A stretch of DNA of 64,000 nt, taken from positions 130,232 to 194,231 of IMG/VR virus record IMGVR_UViG_3300021197_001787. One strand, 5' to 3'. The translations under genes were made by a program, and so were the position numbers. Shown in pieces: positions 38,472 to 48,827 of this stretch. Each line of letters opens with the position of its first letter. Position 1 is the first letter of the stretch. Below the pieces are notes generated by a model. The model did no database searches and was not told the DNA's origin. It saw only the letters and a program-made list of their open reading frames with translations. Origin of the DNA: a virus.

Positions 38472-38538
38472 CAGGAATTACCAAAAAAGAAAATCTGGAA
38501 AAATAGGCGCCGAAATTTTTTGGCGGATCAGCGTTTTT

Positions 38539-38575
38539 AAAAAACAAAACCCCCCTACCAAAAGATAGGGGGGTT
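38539..38575 (-). terminator. intrinsic terminator
   Basis: 10-bp stem AACCCCCCTA/TAGGGGGGTT then TTGTTTTTT. Confidence 0.8.
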
Positions 38576-38598
38576 GAAAGCATATAAGCTGATGTGGA

Positions 38599-39219
38599 TT
38601 AGTATCCCCACAACTCAATCAAGTACTTACCTGTACCGTAAGTACCGGCGTCATTACCGCCGGACGAAACAAGATACAGATACGCATTTGCAGCAGGAAC
38701 CGTAGACATGCCAGCAACATTGAAGTTGTTAGCACTCAGTGTGCCGATCCAATTCTGACCTGCTTCCAGGAGCGAAACGCCGCCTGTAAGCGAAGCCGCG
38801 GCTGAGCCGGCAGCGGACGTAGCGGCCGTACCACTGAAAAAATCAATGTCTGGCTCGCCAGTTGTTGGCGTCTCAAGACAAGTAACACGACCAGCCATGA
38901 TAGTGCCGTTAACAGCAGCAGTGATTTGGCCAAAATGTGCATTGGCATCCGTTCCGTTACCAATAAGCTTATCAGCGGATCCCGCGGACTCCAAGCCAGC
39001 TAAGTCAATCACAATTTGTGTGTGAAAAACATTTCCAACTTTAACAACTGAATGTCGTACGGCCGTGGACACTGTAGTGATACCACTTCCTGCTTCCATT
39101 TGCGCAGTTGTGTTAATACCACCTACATCAATAGTTGTAGCTGTAGACAACTTCAATTCTCTTTTTAAATTTTCTATTAGAGCTTGGATTCTCGCCAAGC
39201 CTATTCTTTTACTTCCCAT
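38599..39219 (-). CDS. putative capsid decoration protein
   Basis: Gly/Ala/Thr-rich beta-type sequence directly after major capsid; SD GGAGG. Confidence 0.55.
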   Translation of the reverse strand: MGSKRIGLARIQALIENLKRELKLSTATTIDVGGINTTAQMEAGSGITTVSTAVRHSVVKVGNVFHTQIVIDLAGLESAGSADKLIGNGTDANAHFGQITAAVNGTIMAGRVTCLETPTTGEPDIDFFSGTAATSAAGSAAASLTGGVSLLEAGQNWIGTLSANNFNVAGMSTVPAANAYLYLVSSGGNDAGTYGTGKYLIELWGY

Positions 39220-39296
39220 GTTTAAAACCCTCCATTTATAATCATGTCAAAAACATTATGGTAAACCTTTCGGTTCGCCTATAAGTAGTCTCAACA

Positions 39297-39331
39297 TAAA
39301 AGAAGGCCCCCACCTTTCTCAAGGTGGGGGC
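39297..39331 (-). terminator. intrinsic terminator after major capsid gene
   Basis: 11-bp stem GCCCCCACCTT/AAGGTGGGGGC then CTTCTTTT. Confidence 0.8.
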
Positions 39332-39387
39332 ATTCTGTGTTGTGTTACTCTTGGTTTTACACCAGATATAAGCTAAAAGCTTATATA

Positions 39388-41307
39388 TCAGCCTCCAGAC
39401 TCACCCAACAATCCGCGACAAATCACGAGTCCGTACATATCTGGACGAACCATCTTCTTCGCATAACGAGTCATCACGCCCTTGCGAGGCACGAAGTCTT
39501 CTGGTCCGAAGATTGTAGGTGTGGTTTGCAGTGGCACGTATGGTGCGTACACGTATCCGCTTTCAAGGAAAGAAGATCCGCGACGGCCGACGAGGACCAC
39601 GTTGCGGAGGAAGTAAGGATCAACGATAACGTCGAACTTCTTGCTCAGCGAACCAACATTAACAGCACCAATCGTACCAGTCTCTGCATCAGCGGTAACA
39701 TTGGCACGGAATCCAGCAGTGAACTCAAGGATGTTAGCAACTTCAGGTCCTACGACTACGAAGTTAGCTCCACCACGCAGAGTCTTGCGATGGATTTGTG
39801 CAGAGACATCGTTGATAGTTTCAACAAGGGTCTCGTACCACTCAGATACAGTACCAGTGAAATCAGGAGCAGCAGAGCTAGCGCCGACTTCAACACCGTT
39901 GGTCTTGTCTAAGAAAAGACCGGGTGAGCGCGACCAGTAATAGGTTGCAGCGGTTGCACCATTCACAAGGTCAGCAACGATCTCGCGATCAATCTCAAGA
40001 GCAATTTGCTCAGAGAGAATGCTGGTCAACTCAACCTCTGCATCAAGGTTGTGGTAGGCGTTAAGGTCTTGACCTAACTCCGGAGTCCACTTAGCCTTGA
40101 GCTTCTTCGTTTGAGCGGTAACAGCAATGCTGTCGACCTTAATGTCGATCTCAGGAATGTCTGCTTGACCTTCAAGTCCCCAAACAGTCTGACCTTGAAT
40201 AGAGCCGATTGCGTTATCGCCGTTGGCAAAGTCATCAGTTTGTGGGAACTCCCAAGTACAAGAGGCAGTCATAGCAAAACCAGCTAATTGAGCACCACCA
40301 GCATCAGTACCAGAGCCGACACCGAGAGTGGTTCTAATTTCATCAGGTCTCGATGCTGCAATAACACCGGGTGCCGATGCGGTTGTACCAACGAATGTCA
40401 GAAGCATCATGTCAGCCGCGGTTGTAGAGTCCAAGGCAAGTCCAAGCTGATCAGCAATTCCAGCTGGAACAGGACGAGTCAAACGACGCACCAAACGAGC
40501 ACCGGGACCAACAAGACGAAGGCCGCCACCTGCAACCATGAGTTCAGCATTAACACCAGCCGTCGCCGACGATGTAATTGCAGACAAGTTTTCTTGATCA
40601 AGCTGATCAAGAGCAGATGCCGAAATAGCAATAACACTGTACGCATGGGTAGCGAGTGCTCTCGTTGTTTTAGTAAGAGCCAGAAGGTCTGGATCGTACT
40701 CAATGAGCTTACGGTCAAGGTTAGTCATGCTATCATGGATAGCAGCACCAGTAACGAAAACAGCCGCGACGGACGCGTCCGAGCCACTTGGAGAACCATA
40801 CGAGTAGCCGCGTGCTGATGCACGAGGACCGCTAAGGTCACCACCACGGACGTCAACCAAGTCAACACCACCGGTGATTTGAGCACCAACTCGATCAGTA
40901 CCGTAGATGGATTGTCCAGCAACGTTACCAAGCTTACCAGCTTGAGTGGAATCTCCACCAAGATCTCCCGAGAAAGTAAAGTCCAGGAAGAAAATGAGTC
41001 CGCTTGGGAGGCTCATAGGTTGTACAGAAACAAGATCGTTTGCGATCAAGCCTGCGAAAACACGACGAACAATGGGGAATGCGACAGCAGCAAAGCCCTG
41101 TACATCACCTGCGTTCATAGCGGTTGCTTCACGAAGAAGCTCCTTAGCTTGGTTCTCAAGAAGACGAGCCATGCCATTACGGCTTTTGTCGTCCTCAAGT
41201 CCTTCTAAGAGTCCGGTCTTTTCCCACTTTGACAGTAGGGCGTGACCTTCAGCACGCATATCACGATTAACCATACCTTCGGTTAATCTTTCAATAATAC
41301 CAGCCAT
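39388..41307 (-). CDS. major capsid protein (gp23-like)
   Basis: LVSVQPMSLPSGLIFFL, KKLKAKWTPELGQDL, EIDREI, YAPYVPL, GVMTRYA. Confidence 0.96.
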   Translation of the reverse strand: MAGIIERLTEGMVNRDMRAEGHALLSKWEKTGLLEGLEDDKSRNGMARLLENQAKELLREATAMNAGDVQGFAAVAFPIVRRVFAGLIANDLVSVQPMSLPSGLIFFLDFTFSGDLGGDSTQAGKLGNVAGQSIYGTDRVGAQITGGVDLVDVRGGDLSGPRASARGYSYGSPSGSDASVAAVFVTGAAIHDSMTNLDRKLIEYDPDLLALTKTTRALATHAYSVIAISASALDQLDQENLSAITSSATAGVNAELMVAGGGLRLVGPGARLVRRLTRPVPAGIADQLGLALDSTTAADMMLLTFVGTTASAPGVIAASRPDEIRTTLGVGSGTDAGGAQLAGFAMTASCTWEFPQTDDFANGDNAIGSIQGQTVWGLEGQADIPEIDIKVDSIAVTAQTKKLKAKWTPELGQDLNAYHNLDAEVELTSILSEQIALEIDREIVADLVNGATAATYYWSRSPGLFLDKTNGVEVGASSAAPDFTGTVSEWYETLVETINDVSAQIHRKTLRGGANFVVVGPEVANILEFTAGFRANVTADAETGTIGAVNVGSLSKKFDVIVDPYFLRNVVLVGRRGSSFLESGYVYAPYVPLQTTPTIFGPEDFVPRKGVMTRYAKKMVRPDMYGLVICRGLLGESGG

Positions 41308-41328
41308 TTTTAATATCTCCTTATAATT

Positions 41329-42708
41329 TTAATTAATACCTGCTAGTTTCTTCATTCTATCAGCAATAGGGTCGGCTTTTTTAGCCTCACTATAGTTGCT
41401 AGCACGAAGAATGGAAGAACGACGGTTGATAGTTTCGCTCAGTGATTGCGGACCACGTTTAGGTGTGGACTCCACTGTGCTTTGAAGTGTTTCAAATATT
41501 GTCTTTGCTTCCGGAACAGAACCAGCTTTAGAAATCGCTTCGGCAACTTTTTGTTTTTGCCGCTCATTTAGGGAGGTATTTCTCAACACACGGTTCGTGT
41601 ATAACAAACGAGCATTAGAAAGATTAACGTCAGTGACGCTTTCTTTTAATTGCTCAACTACGTTTTCGTAGTTTTGAAGTTTCTCTTTGAGTTGGTTATT
41701 TTCAAAAACCAATTCTTCTTGAGCTTGTTTCAAATCTTCTAACTCAGTCTGGGGATCGGTGTCCGTTCTATCGGCCATTCCACGACCCAAGTGAGTCTTT
41801 TGTTCTAATCCTGTAGATCTACGCGATGCGAGTTCTTTTTCCATCTCGTATTTTTTGTCTTCGGCGCGCCGGCCGGCCCAACCTGAAAGGTCAGCACCCA
41901 TGTCTACAGTAAGCCTTTCCATGACGGCATCAACGAGAGCGTCTGCATCTAATTCTTCTTGCATATCGTCGTCGTCTTCTTTTCTATTACCAGCACAATG
42001 GCTCTCGTCTAATTCGTCTTGTACATCGTCGGGCAAGAAATCGCCCTTGTTTAATTTATCTGGTGGAGCAGTTTTTGCGGCCGTTTCTTTTTCTTCAGGT
42101 GTCTTAGGTTCATCGTCAGCTTCATCAAGTGAAATCTTTTCCATAATAGCATCAACAAGAGAGTCCATGTCGAATTCTTCATCTAATTCTTTCTCCGCTT
42201 CAGTGTTGGCTTGGAGTGTGGCTGCTTCTTCGCCGGCCGGATCTCCTTTCTCATCAGTTACGCCGGCTGAATAATCAACCTCGGCGCCTTTGTCCGCTTC
42301 ATCACCACTATCATCCTCGGTGAGTTCAATTTCTTCGTCCTCTTCAAGGGTATCTTCGTCTAACTCTTCTTCTAATCTCTGGAGTGTCTCGGCCAATTCG
42401 TCAAAGTTAATTTTAATCTTGGTCTCTTGGCCTTCGTCGTCACAAGCACAAAGCTCTTCACCCTCTGCAGCACCCAGTGGTACGTCCTCAGCAGCATCGC
42501 CACCAGCGGCAGGCGCAGGAGCAGCGCCCATTGGGTCCATGCCAGCAGCGGGTGCACCAAGGCCTAATTCATCTTGCTCAAGAATTTTGTTTAAGGTTTC
42601 TTTGACCTCGGTTGAATATTTATCAACAATTGTAGCCTCGGCATTTTTCAAGGCTGCCTCCTTAAGTGCCTTAGCATCGACGAATGCTTGCTCAAGTAAA
42701 GATGACAT
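41329..42708 (-). CDS. prohead core scaffold protein (gp22-like)
   Basis: Highly acidic coiled coil; LSNARLLYTN; ends RMKKLAGIN; precedes capsid gene. Confidence 0.8.
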   Translation of the reverse strand: MSSLLEQAFVDAKALKEAALKNAEATIVDKYSTEVKETLNKILEQDELGLGAPAAGMDPMGAAPAPAAGGDAAEDVPLGAAEGEELCACDDEGQETKIKINFDELAETLQRLEEELDEDTLEEDEEIELTEDDSGDEADKGAEVDYSAGVTDEKGDPAGEEAATLQANTEAEKELDEEFDMDSLVDAIMEKISLDEADDEPKTPEEKETAAKTAPPDKLNKGDFLPDDVQDELDESHCAGNRKEDDDDMQEELDADALVDAVMERLTVDMGADLSGWAGRRAEDKKYEMEKELASRRSTGLEQKTHLGRGMADRTDTDPQTELEDLKQAQEELVFENNQLKEKLQNYENVVEQLKESVTDVNLSNARLLYTNRVLRNTSLNERQKQKVAEAISKAGSVPEAKTIFETLQSTVESTPKRGPQSLSETINRRSSILRASNYSEAKKADPIADRMKKLAGIN

Positions 42709-42739
42709 GTAATAACTCCTATAAAACAGTATTTCACTG

Positions 42740-42747
42740 TAAATAGT
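42740..42747 (-). promoter_or_regulatory. ACTATTTA late-promoter-like motif
   Basis: Intergenic before scaffold-capsid genes. Confidence 0.6.
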
Positions 42748-42783
42748 GTGCTATGTTTGCAAAAACCATTTTTAATAACTTTA

Positions 42784-45096
42784 TCAGGATGCGTTATAGT
42801 AGTCCAGTATTGCCCATTGGTATCCAGCAGGGCCGTTATAGCCCATGACTGTCATAGAATCGCCTGTTTCTAAAACTTTATTTGCGGCTTGATCAATAAG
42901 CTGATTTGAAGGACCGGAGCCAGTGACAGTGATGTTAGCAGAGCCAACACATTTGACTGTTATTGTTACGCCATTTAACGTATCGGATAATAATGGTAAG
43001 TAAGCATTATGAGGCGACGTTAAATTATAGATCGCTACTCTGTCTGTCGCTCCGGAGATGTAGGTATCAGCAGAAGTTGTTTTTACAACGTAGTTGTGCT
43101 GTATGGCGCCGCTGAGATATGCACCTCTGGCGACAAATAGGTCTCCGACACCAGTTAGTGAGAGTGCAGGGTTAGTACTATCGCTTTTGACACTTATTAG
43201 AGTTTCGGCGTCAGAACCACTGACGTTCAATATACCGCCCAAATGAGCACCACCAACAAGCACTTGACCGGAGCCTGTTACGCCGAAACAAGTCCTCATT
43301 CCATCCGACTCAGCCGCCTGCATAAAGGCTAGCACTTTGTTACTTGTGTCTGAAGGTCTTATAAATAACATTCCATCTTGTGGGCCGGTACCTCCCTTGT
43401 CTCCAATCGCTAATCGCGGGGATGAGCCTGTGATGTGTACTCCACCTGAACCCGTAATCTCGCCAGATACAGATGCATCACCAACTACAGTCAGTGTGTG
43501 TGTCGGTACGTCAATATTAATACCAACTTTATCACCGGAGCCATCAACCATAAGCATATGAGTATTGTTGTTACTTTCTACACGAAAATCAATGAGAGAA
43601 TCAGAGCCTTGGTTCACAACAACTTCTGGCACAGCCCCATCAATTCTGAATCCTTCTTTCATCGTGCCAGCATCATTTGTTTTAAACACGATGTGTTTGT
43701 TCGTACTATTATTCTGTATCAAAATATTATCAGAACTATTAACTCCAAATTCTGCTAAATCTTCACCAGCGCTGCTACTAAAATGTAAAGTTGGAGTTGT
43801 TTCTTGAATTGTTAAGTTACCAGAAAGATGCAATTTACTATTTGGTGCTGAACCTGTTATACCTATACCAACATTGCCAGAATTATTAATTACCATGTGT
43901 TGTACGGGTGCGGAGGTTCCCGTCAAAGTTGTCCAGAATGACATCCGCGTTGGATACGATTCATTGTTCCACTCTGAACCATCTGCTTCAACTCTAATCC
44001 GAGAAGAGATATTTAAAACGCTCTCGGCAGCAGACCCCACAAAAACCAGATCTCCAATATCATCACCATCAATATAAAATGCTGATGATGTCCGGTGAAG
44101 ACCCAAGATGGCGCCGCCGGTATTGTTTCCAACTTGAAGCTGAACACCGGGTTCACTGACGTTAATACCAACTTTACCAAAGCTTGCACCACCGGGCAAA
44201 ACGGAAAGTGTTGGAACGTGGGCTGAGCCACTTACTCTTATAGATGATGAAACTGAAAGTAACGAACCATCAAAAGTAAGATTAGCTTCGCCATTCACCG
44301 TTGTCGAGTTAACAGAGGTAATAATTCTATTGTTACCGTTATTCGTGTAGGATGTAATCGCAGGAGATGAGATACTGTCAGTGATCGCTGTTTTGATTTG
44401 ACTGTATGTCAAATTCTTAATCGAATCGCTATCACTGGAATCTGCTATGATGAACTCATCGTTATTTGATGGGCCGCCGCCTTTGTTTGAAGTTTTAGAT
44501 GCGTCTACTTGTAAGGTTAAGCCTGTAAAAGCTAAGCCACCGTTTGAAGCTGTCAGAACACGGACACCCTCAGTGTCAACAGTAATACCTTGGCCACCAG
44601 TGACTTGCAATTCAGATCCATGACCAAGGCCAGCTGGATCAATGCTGCTGGATATACCAAGGCCCAAGACAATATTTGATGCTGACAATCTGTTGGCCAT
44701 TCCGTCGTAATTTGTAGCGGCAAGATGATCTGGATTTAGTAAAATACCAGTAATGCCAAGTGCTGAGCCGGAAAAAGTAGAGCCTGTTATCGGGCCGCTT
44801 ACAATAAAACTAGTTATGCTAGCAGCGTTGGTAATAGTCACGCCCGCCTCGGCTGTGAGCGTTCCATCGCCATCGGAAGTTATAACTCGGTCGGCGCCGT
44901 CGCCAGCAATCAAAGATTTTAGTGCTCTGACTTCGCCCTCGGCAGTGGTATCCCAAAACGCACTAGCAGACACCGTGCTGCTAAATGTCTTTACCCCGCC
45001 AACTGTCTGGTTTCTCCAGATATCAACCAAACTCTCAACAGAACCTGTTGATGAATTTGAAAATTCTACTCTTCCTTTAATAATATTATAAGCCAT
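42784..45096 (-). CDS. fibre-like virion protein
   Basis: Gly/Ser/Thr-rich, GEANLTFDG and KVGIN fibre repeats, shared C-terminal domain. Confidence 0.7.
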   Translation of the reverse strand: MAYNIIKGRVEFSNSSTGSVESLVDIWRNQTVGGVKTFSSTVSASAFWDTTAEGEVRALKSLIAGDGADRVITSDGDGTLTAEAGVTITNAASITSFIVSGPITGSTFSGSALGITGILLNPDHLAATNYDGMANRLSASNIVLGLGISSSIDPAGLGHGSELQVTGGQGITVDTEGVRVLTASNGGLAFTGLTLQVDASKTSNKGGGPSNNDEFIIADSSDSDSIKNLTYSQIKTAITDSISSPAITSYTNNGNNRIITSVNSTTVNGEANLTFDGSLLSVSSSIRVSGSAHVPTLSVLPGGASFGKVGINVSEPGVQLQVGNNTGGAILGLHRTSSAFYIDGDDIGDLVFVGSAAESVLNISSRIRVEADGSEWNNESYPTRMSFWTTLTGTSAPVQHMVINNSGNVGIGITGSAPNSKLHLSGNLTIQETTPTLHFSSSAGEDLAEFGVNSSDNILIQNNSTNKHIVFKTNDAGTMKEGFRIDGAVPEVVVNQGSDSLIDFRVESNNNTHMLMVDGSGDKVGINIDVPTHTLTVVGDASVSGEITGSGGVHITGSSPRLAIGDKGGTGPQDGMLFIRPSDTSNKVLAFMQAAESDGMRTCFGVTGSGQVLVGGAHLGGILNVSGSDAETLISVKSDSTNPALSLTGVGDLFVARGAYLSGAIQHNYVVKTTSADTYISGATDRVAIYNLTSPHNAYLPLLSDTLNGVTITVKCVGSANITVTGSGPSNQLIDQAANKVLETGDSMTVMGYNGPAGYQWAILDYYNAS

Positions 45097-45115
45097 TCTT
45101 TTTCCTTCCTCGTAT

Positions 45116-45123
45116 TAAATAGT
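45116..45123 (-). promoter_or_regulatory. ACTATTTA late-promoter-like motif
   Basis: Intergenic, right after terminator. Confidence 0.6.
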
Positions 45124-45126
45124 ACG

Positions 45127-45160
45127 AAAAAAAGGATGCCCCCCACAAGGAGGGACATCC
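45127..45160 (-). terminator. intrinsic terminator
   Basis: GGATG..CCC/GGG..CATCC stem followed by T7. Confidence 0.7.
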
Positions 45161-45190
45161 AGAAAAGAAATTGTATAAAACAATATCGGC

Positions 45191-46642
45191 CTAGTAGATA
45201 GTCCACTTAGCATCAGAGTTAGTATAGATCAATGATACAGCACCGAATTCAGATTCGACGCGCGCTTCAGAGAATCCATCAATCTGATCGCCATTACTGA
45301 CAGATGAACTAATCTTGACAAAGTTAGTTGAACTAACACCGCCAGCAGTCTTGATGATAACAACATCTCCAGCAGAGCCGGTTGGAAGCAAGAAGCTACA
45401 AGAGCCTGTTGCATCGTTTACCATGAAGTTAATACCAGTAGCAAGCGTAGCATTACCGTAGTTGGCTAATGGAATGTGAGTGGCAGACATACTATCACCA
45501 CCGGTGGTATCAACAGAAAGAACACCAGCAGTAGCAGTAATACCTGTACCAGCCAATACATCAGCATAGACTTTGAAGTCTGTTGTCTTCATTTCACCCG
45601 AATCAATATCGAAGAAAGCAAGACGTGACTTGTTGGCAGCTACATTAGCAGTAGTTATAGCTTCTTCAGAGAAAGCAGCACCTGAGACGTGTACAGGCCC
45701 AGTCATAAGCACTTGAGCGTCAGAGACAACCAAGCGGCTATTACCGAGAGTAACTGTACCACCTAATTCAAGGTTACCAGAGCCAGTAAGGTTACCAAGA
45801 AAAGCACCGATTGAGGCGCGATCCATAGTCATTTCATCAAAAGTGGAAATTGCAGACGATGAAAGGACACCTTCAACGGAAACAGAAGTTTTACCGTTAC
45901 CAAGAGTTACAACACCCAAGGCTTGAAGTGTTCCAGAACCAGAAATGTTGGTAAAAGTACCAGCAGCTGCAGTATTTCCACCGATTGTGGTACCATCAAC
46001 AGTACCGCCGTTGATATCAGCAGTCTGAGCGATGATAGCATCAGATGTCACACTGTAAAGAGTAGAGATACCTGAACCAGAAATTACACCGGCAGTAGAA
46101 ATAGTAGTTTTGTTCTCAGGTCCGAAGCGGGAAACACCAGCAACGTCAAGAGTACTAGAACCAGAAAGTGTAGTGCCTTTGACACCACCAGCAACGGTCA
46201 GTACTTGATCAGTTAACGTTAAAAGATCAGCATCTGCGCCAATACCAATAACACCTGTAGTGTCATCACCAACTTTAAGCACACCACCGAAAGAGGCGGC
46301 GCCGGAACCCGAAACAGCACCGTTAACTTTAAATGAGTTAGCGGCAAGTTGAATAAGGTCAACATCGCCTTCGACACCAATTTTACCTGAACTATCAAGT
46401 AAAAGGTCAAGTGCCGATACAGCCAATGAAGCTGAAAGATCTCCAGCAACAGAGACTTTGTTAGACGTAAGTGTCATAAGGTCAGCGTCAGCGCTGGTAC
46501 CGATAACGCCTGCAGCGTCAAGAATAAGTTCTTTACCCGAAAGTCTTCCTGAACCTGAAATTGTGGATTCACCAATTAACGATTCTTCAAAAGTTGTTGA
46601 ACCGCTTAATTTGGTAGTTCCAAATTGAAATTTATAAGCCAT
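45191..46642 (-). CDS. fibre-like virion protein
   Basis: SGS-rich internal repeats (IGxxADADLxTLT twice), shared C-terminal IDG domain. Confidence 0.7.
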   Translation of the reverse strand: MAYKFQFGTTKLSGSTTFEESLIGESTISGSGRLSGKELILDAAGVIGTSADADLMTLTSNKVSVAGDLSASLAVSALDLLLDSSGKIGVEGDVDLIQLAANSFKVNGAVSGSGAASFGGVLKVGDDTTGVIGIGADADLLTLTDQVLTVAGGVKGTTLSGSSTLDVAGVSRFGPENKTTISTAGVISGSGISTLYSVTSDAIIAQTADINGGTVDGTTIGGNTAAAGTFTNISGSGTLQALGVVTLGNGKTSVSVEGVLSSSAISTFDEMTMDRASIGAFLGNLTGSGNLELGGTVTLGNSRLVVSDAQVLMTGPVHVSGAAFSEEAITTANVAANKSRLAFFDIDSGEMKTTDFKVYADVLAGTGITATAGVLSVDTTGGDSMSATHIPLANYGNATLATGINFMVNDATGSCSFLLPTGSAGDVVIIKTAGGVSSTNFVKISSSVSNGDQIDGFSEARVESEFGAVSLIYTNSDAKWTIY

Positions 46643-46752
46643 TTATAAAACCCTCCATATAATTTAGTTTTTATAAGATAATAAGCAGCCATAGTTATGA
46701 CATAGATCATAAACACAAGTCACCCATCGCTTATAAATAGGGCCATTAATGG

Positions 46753-47550
46753 CTAGTAAACATAGTACCTGTTGATGCCATTGCAATAAAGCGAGAAAGA
46801 AGCGTAAGCGGACTCTAATACTAACGAATTTTCGCCGTCAATAGTTTGTGATCCAGAGGCCAAAATTGTTATATTATTGGTGCCGGCATTGCCTCCCTCG
46901 TCCTTTACAATATAGGTGTGGCCATCTGTTAGCACAGCCGCATCTGGCAATCTTAACTCAACTGCGGCGGCTGTAGAATCCATTCCAATGTAATAATCGT
47001 CCACTGATGCGGTTATGGTGGCGGCTGAGGTCTTGTGGTGAAGTACAACAGCGCCTGATATATGTAAACGTCCACCAACAAAACCTGAAGCAGAAACGTT
47101 TAAACTAGCAGACATTGCGCCGCTTAACGCCATAGCATGGTCAGGGGCAGTATTACCTCCGATTGCTATACTACTTGTGGTAAAAGCGGTATCAGCAGCT
47201 AGCTCAGTGAATATGCCTCCGCCGGAGCCGCCGCCGCCAGTACCGGGAACATTTGTCAGGAACCTGCCATCACCAATAAAAAACGAAGATGAGATCCCCA
47301 CACTCGCTGATAGCTCACCAGTTACTGTTAATGTATTTGTGCCGCCATTGAATGTAAGATTTGACTCACCAGTAAGTCTATATGCGTCAGAACCTATGGT
47401 TGTTAAATTATATTGATCTGGGTTAGATGTAATCTTTAAGACATGTTCTAATTCTTTACCATCGCCTACAAATGCACTAGATGAGACTTGCCCATCCGCT
47501 AGTAATTGTCCGGGAAGTAATACGTTTCCCGATAAGACATTGTATCCCAT
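46753..47550 (-). CDS. fibre-like virion protein
   Basis: GESNLTFNG, C-terminal VKDEGG...QTIDG domain. Confidence 0.7.
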   Translation of the reverse strand: MGYNVLSGNVLLPGQLLADGQVSSSAFVGDGKELEHVLKITSNPDQYNLTTIGSDAYRLTGESNLTFNGGTNTLTVTGELSASVGISSSFFIGDGRFLTNVPGTGGGGSGGGIFTELAADTAFTTSSIAIGGNTAPDHAMALSGAMSASLNVSASGFVGGRLHISGAVVLHHKTSAATITASVDDYYIGMDSTAAAVELRLPDAAVLTDGHTYIVKDEGGNAGTNNITILASGSQTIDGENSLVLESAYASFSLYCNGINRYYVY

Positions 47551-47586
47551 CTATATCAGCCCTCTAATATAACTATACAATTATAA

Positions 47587-48315
47587 TTAGAAGACAAACC
47601 AGTTAGAGCCATTAGAATAAACAGATATTGCAGTCATAGTCCCTGTCAATTCGTAATACTGCTCACCATCAATTGTTTCTCCATCGGATCCAGACAGAAC
47701 AATTGAAGCAGGAACTCCGTCAATTGGCATCCGCTCACCTGTGAATTCATCTTTAATTACCAATACCGAACCGGTCATGGCAATTCCGCTAGATCCAGAA
47801 GCAGAATGTAACCTGATTTCAACTGGGCATTGCCCTTTTACGCCTATAATGTGATTACGGTGAGAAGATGAAGAGTAAGTTATCACGCCGGCGGCGCCCG
47901 ATATAGTAGCGTATCCGTACTTGACGCCATGTGGCATATTGATTTGTCTATTTTCTGAATCTACATGGAATGTAACCATGTTTGTTCGGCCAACTGCAAG
48001 ACTACCTGTTCTAACATGTTGATCATCATTCGTATTACCGAACCTTGTTGAGCCGCTTGCTTCAATTCTGGTTATATCTTCAAAGTGGTAACTACTTGCG
48101 GAGATTGCTCCAGAGATAAAAAATGTTCCGGTTAAGATGAGACTGCTTGTTGTGCCACCTGCGCCGGGAACTGACCCGTCGTAGTTGTACATGAAATAGT
48201 TTGAACCGGAAATTGAATTATTTCCGGTCAAAAACATAACTGAGCCGGTCACGCCGGCTACATTTACGTCTGACGTTTCGTCACAATTTACATATGCCCA
48301 TCCAAATCTTGACAT
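47587..48315 (-). CDS. fibre-like virion protein
   Basis: GSTRFGNTNDDQHVRTGS, C-terminal VIKDE...ETIDG domain. Confidence 0.7.
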   Translation of the reverse strand: MSRFGWAYVNCDETSDVNVAGVTGSVMFLTGNNSISGSNYFMYNYDGSVPGAGGTTSSLILTGTFFISGAISASSYHFEDITRIEASGSTRFGNTNDDQHVRTGSLAVGRTNMVTFHVDSENRQINMPHGVKYGYATISGAAGVITYSSSSHRNHIIGVKGQCPVEIRLHSASGSSGIAMTGSVLVIKDEFTGERMPIDGVPASIVLSGSDGETIDGEQYYELTGTMTAISVYSNGSNWFVF

Positions 48316-48318
48316 ATA

Positions 48319-48786
48319 TTAGCCGACTCCGTTAAATGAACCTGACCAGCTAATGTTATTACCGGGTTCTAAGTGCCACTGATCTTTAGAGCCTGTTGGG
48401 GGGTTGACTTGGCTTGTGTCAATACTTGTAAGACCAGCAACAACAGAAATTGGAGAAGCACTGGGAGTAAGTGTGATATTATCACCGCCCTTAACATAAA
48501 GCCTGCTTACTTTTATTTCCAAACGCTCCGAAGTTGAACCGGAATGCACGATAAAAAAGTTCTGATTATCTTCAATAAAAGCATTTGGGCCAAAACCAAC
48601 CTTTACTGAGCCTGAGCCATCATTAATAACCTGAACCCATCTTGTAACATAAGGGAAGTTGATAACACACTGATCGAAAGTGGCGTCAATTCCTCCCGAT
48701 GCAAAGGGACGTCCGCTAGTTTGAAAAGCAGGAACATGGTTCACTCCTACTCGCATTTTCCACGATGGGTCTGACCAATTTGACAT
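48319..48786 (-). CDS. hypothetical virion protein
   Basis: SD and ACTATTTA motif at 48818-48825; beta-rich. Confidence 0.65.
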   Translation of the reverse strand: MSNWSDPSWKMRVGVNHVPAFQTSGRPFASGGIDATFDQCVINFPYVTRWVQVINDGSGSVKVGFGPNAFIEDNQNFFIVHSGSTSERLEIKVSRLYVKGGDNITLTPSASPISVVAGLTSIDTSQVNPPTGSKDQWHLEPGNNISWSGSFNGVG

Positions 48787-48817
48787 CTTAATTCTCCTAA
48801 AATTATATCATTCGTAG

Positions 48818-48825
48818 TAAATAGT
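48818..48825 (-). promoter_or_regulatory. ACTATTTA late-promoter-like motif
   Basis: Intergenic, between bS21 stop and next gene. Confidence 0.6.
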
Positions 48826-48827
48826 AT

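Noticed and set aside
38433-39387. tRNA or other ncRNA in the longer intergenic gaps
   Set aside because: Only terminator hairpins, a small GAAA hairpin near 39260 and promoter motifs; no cloverleaf
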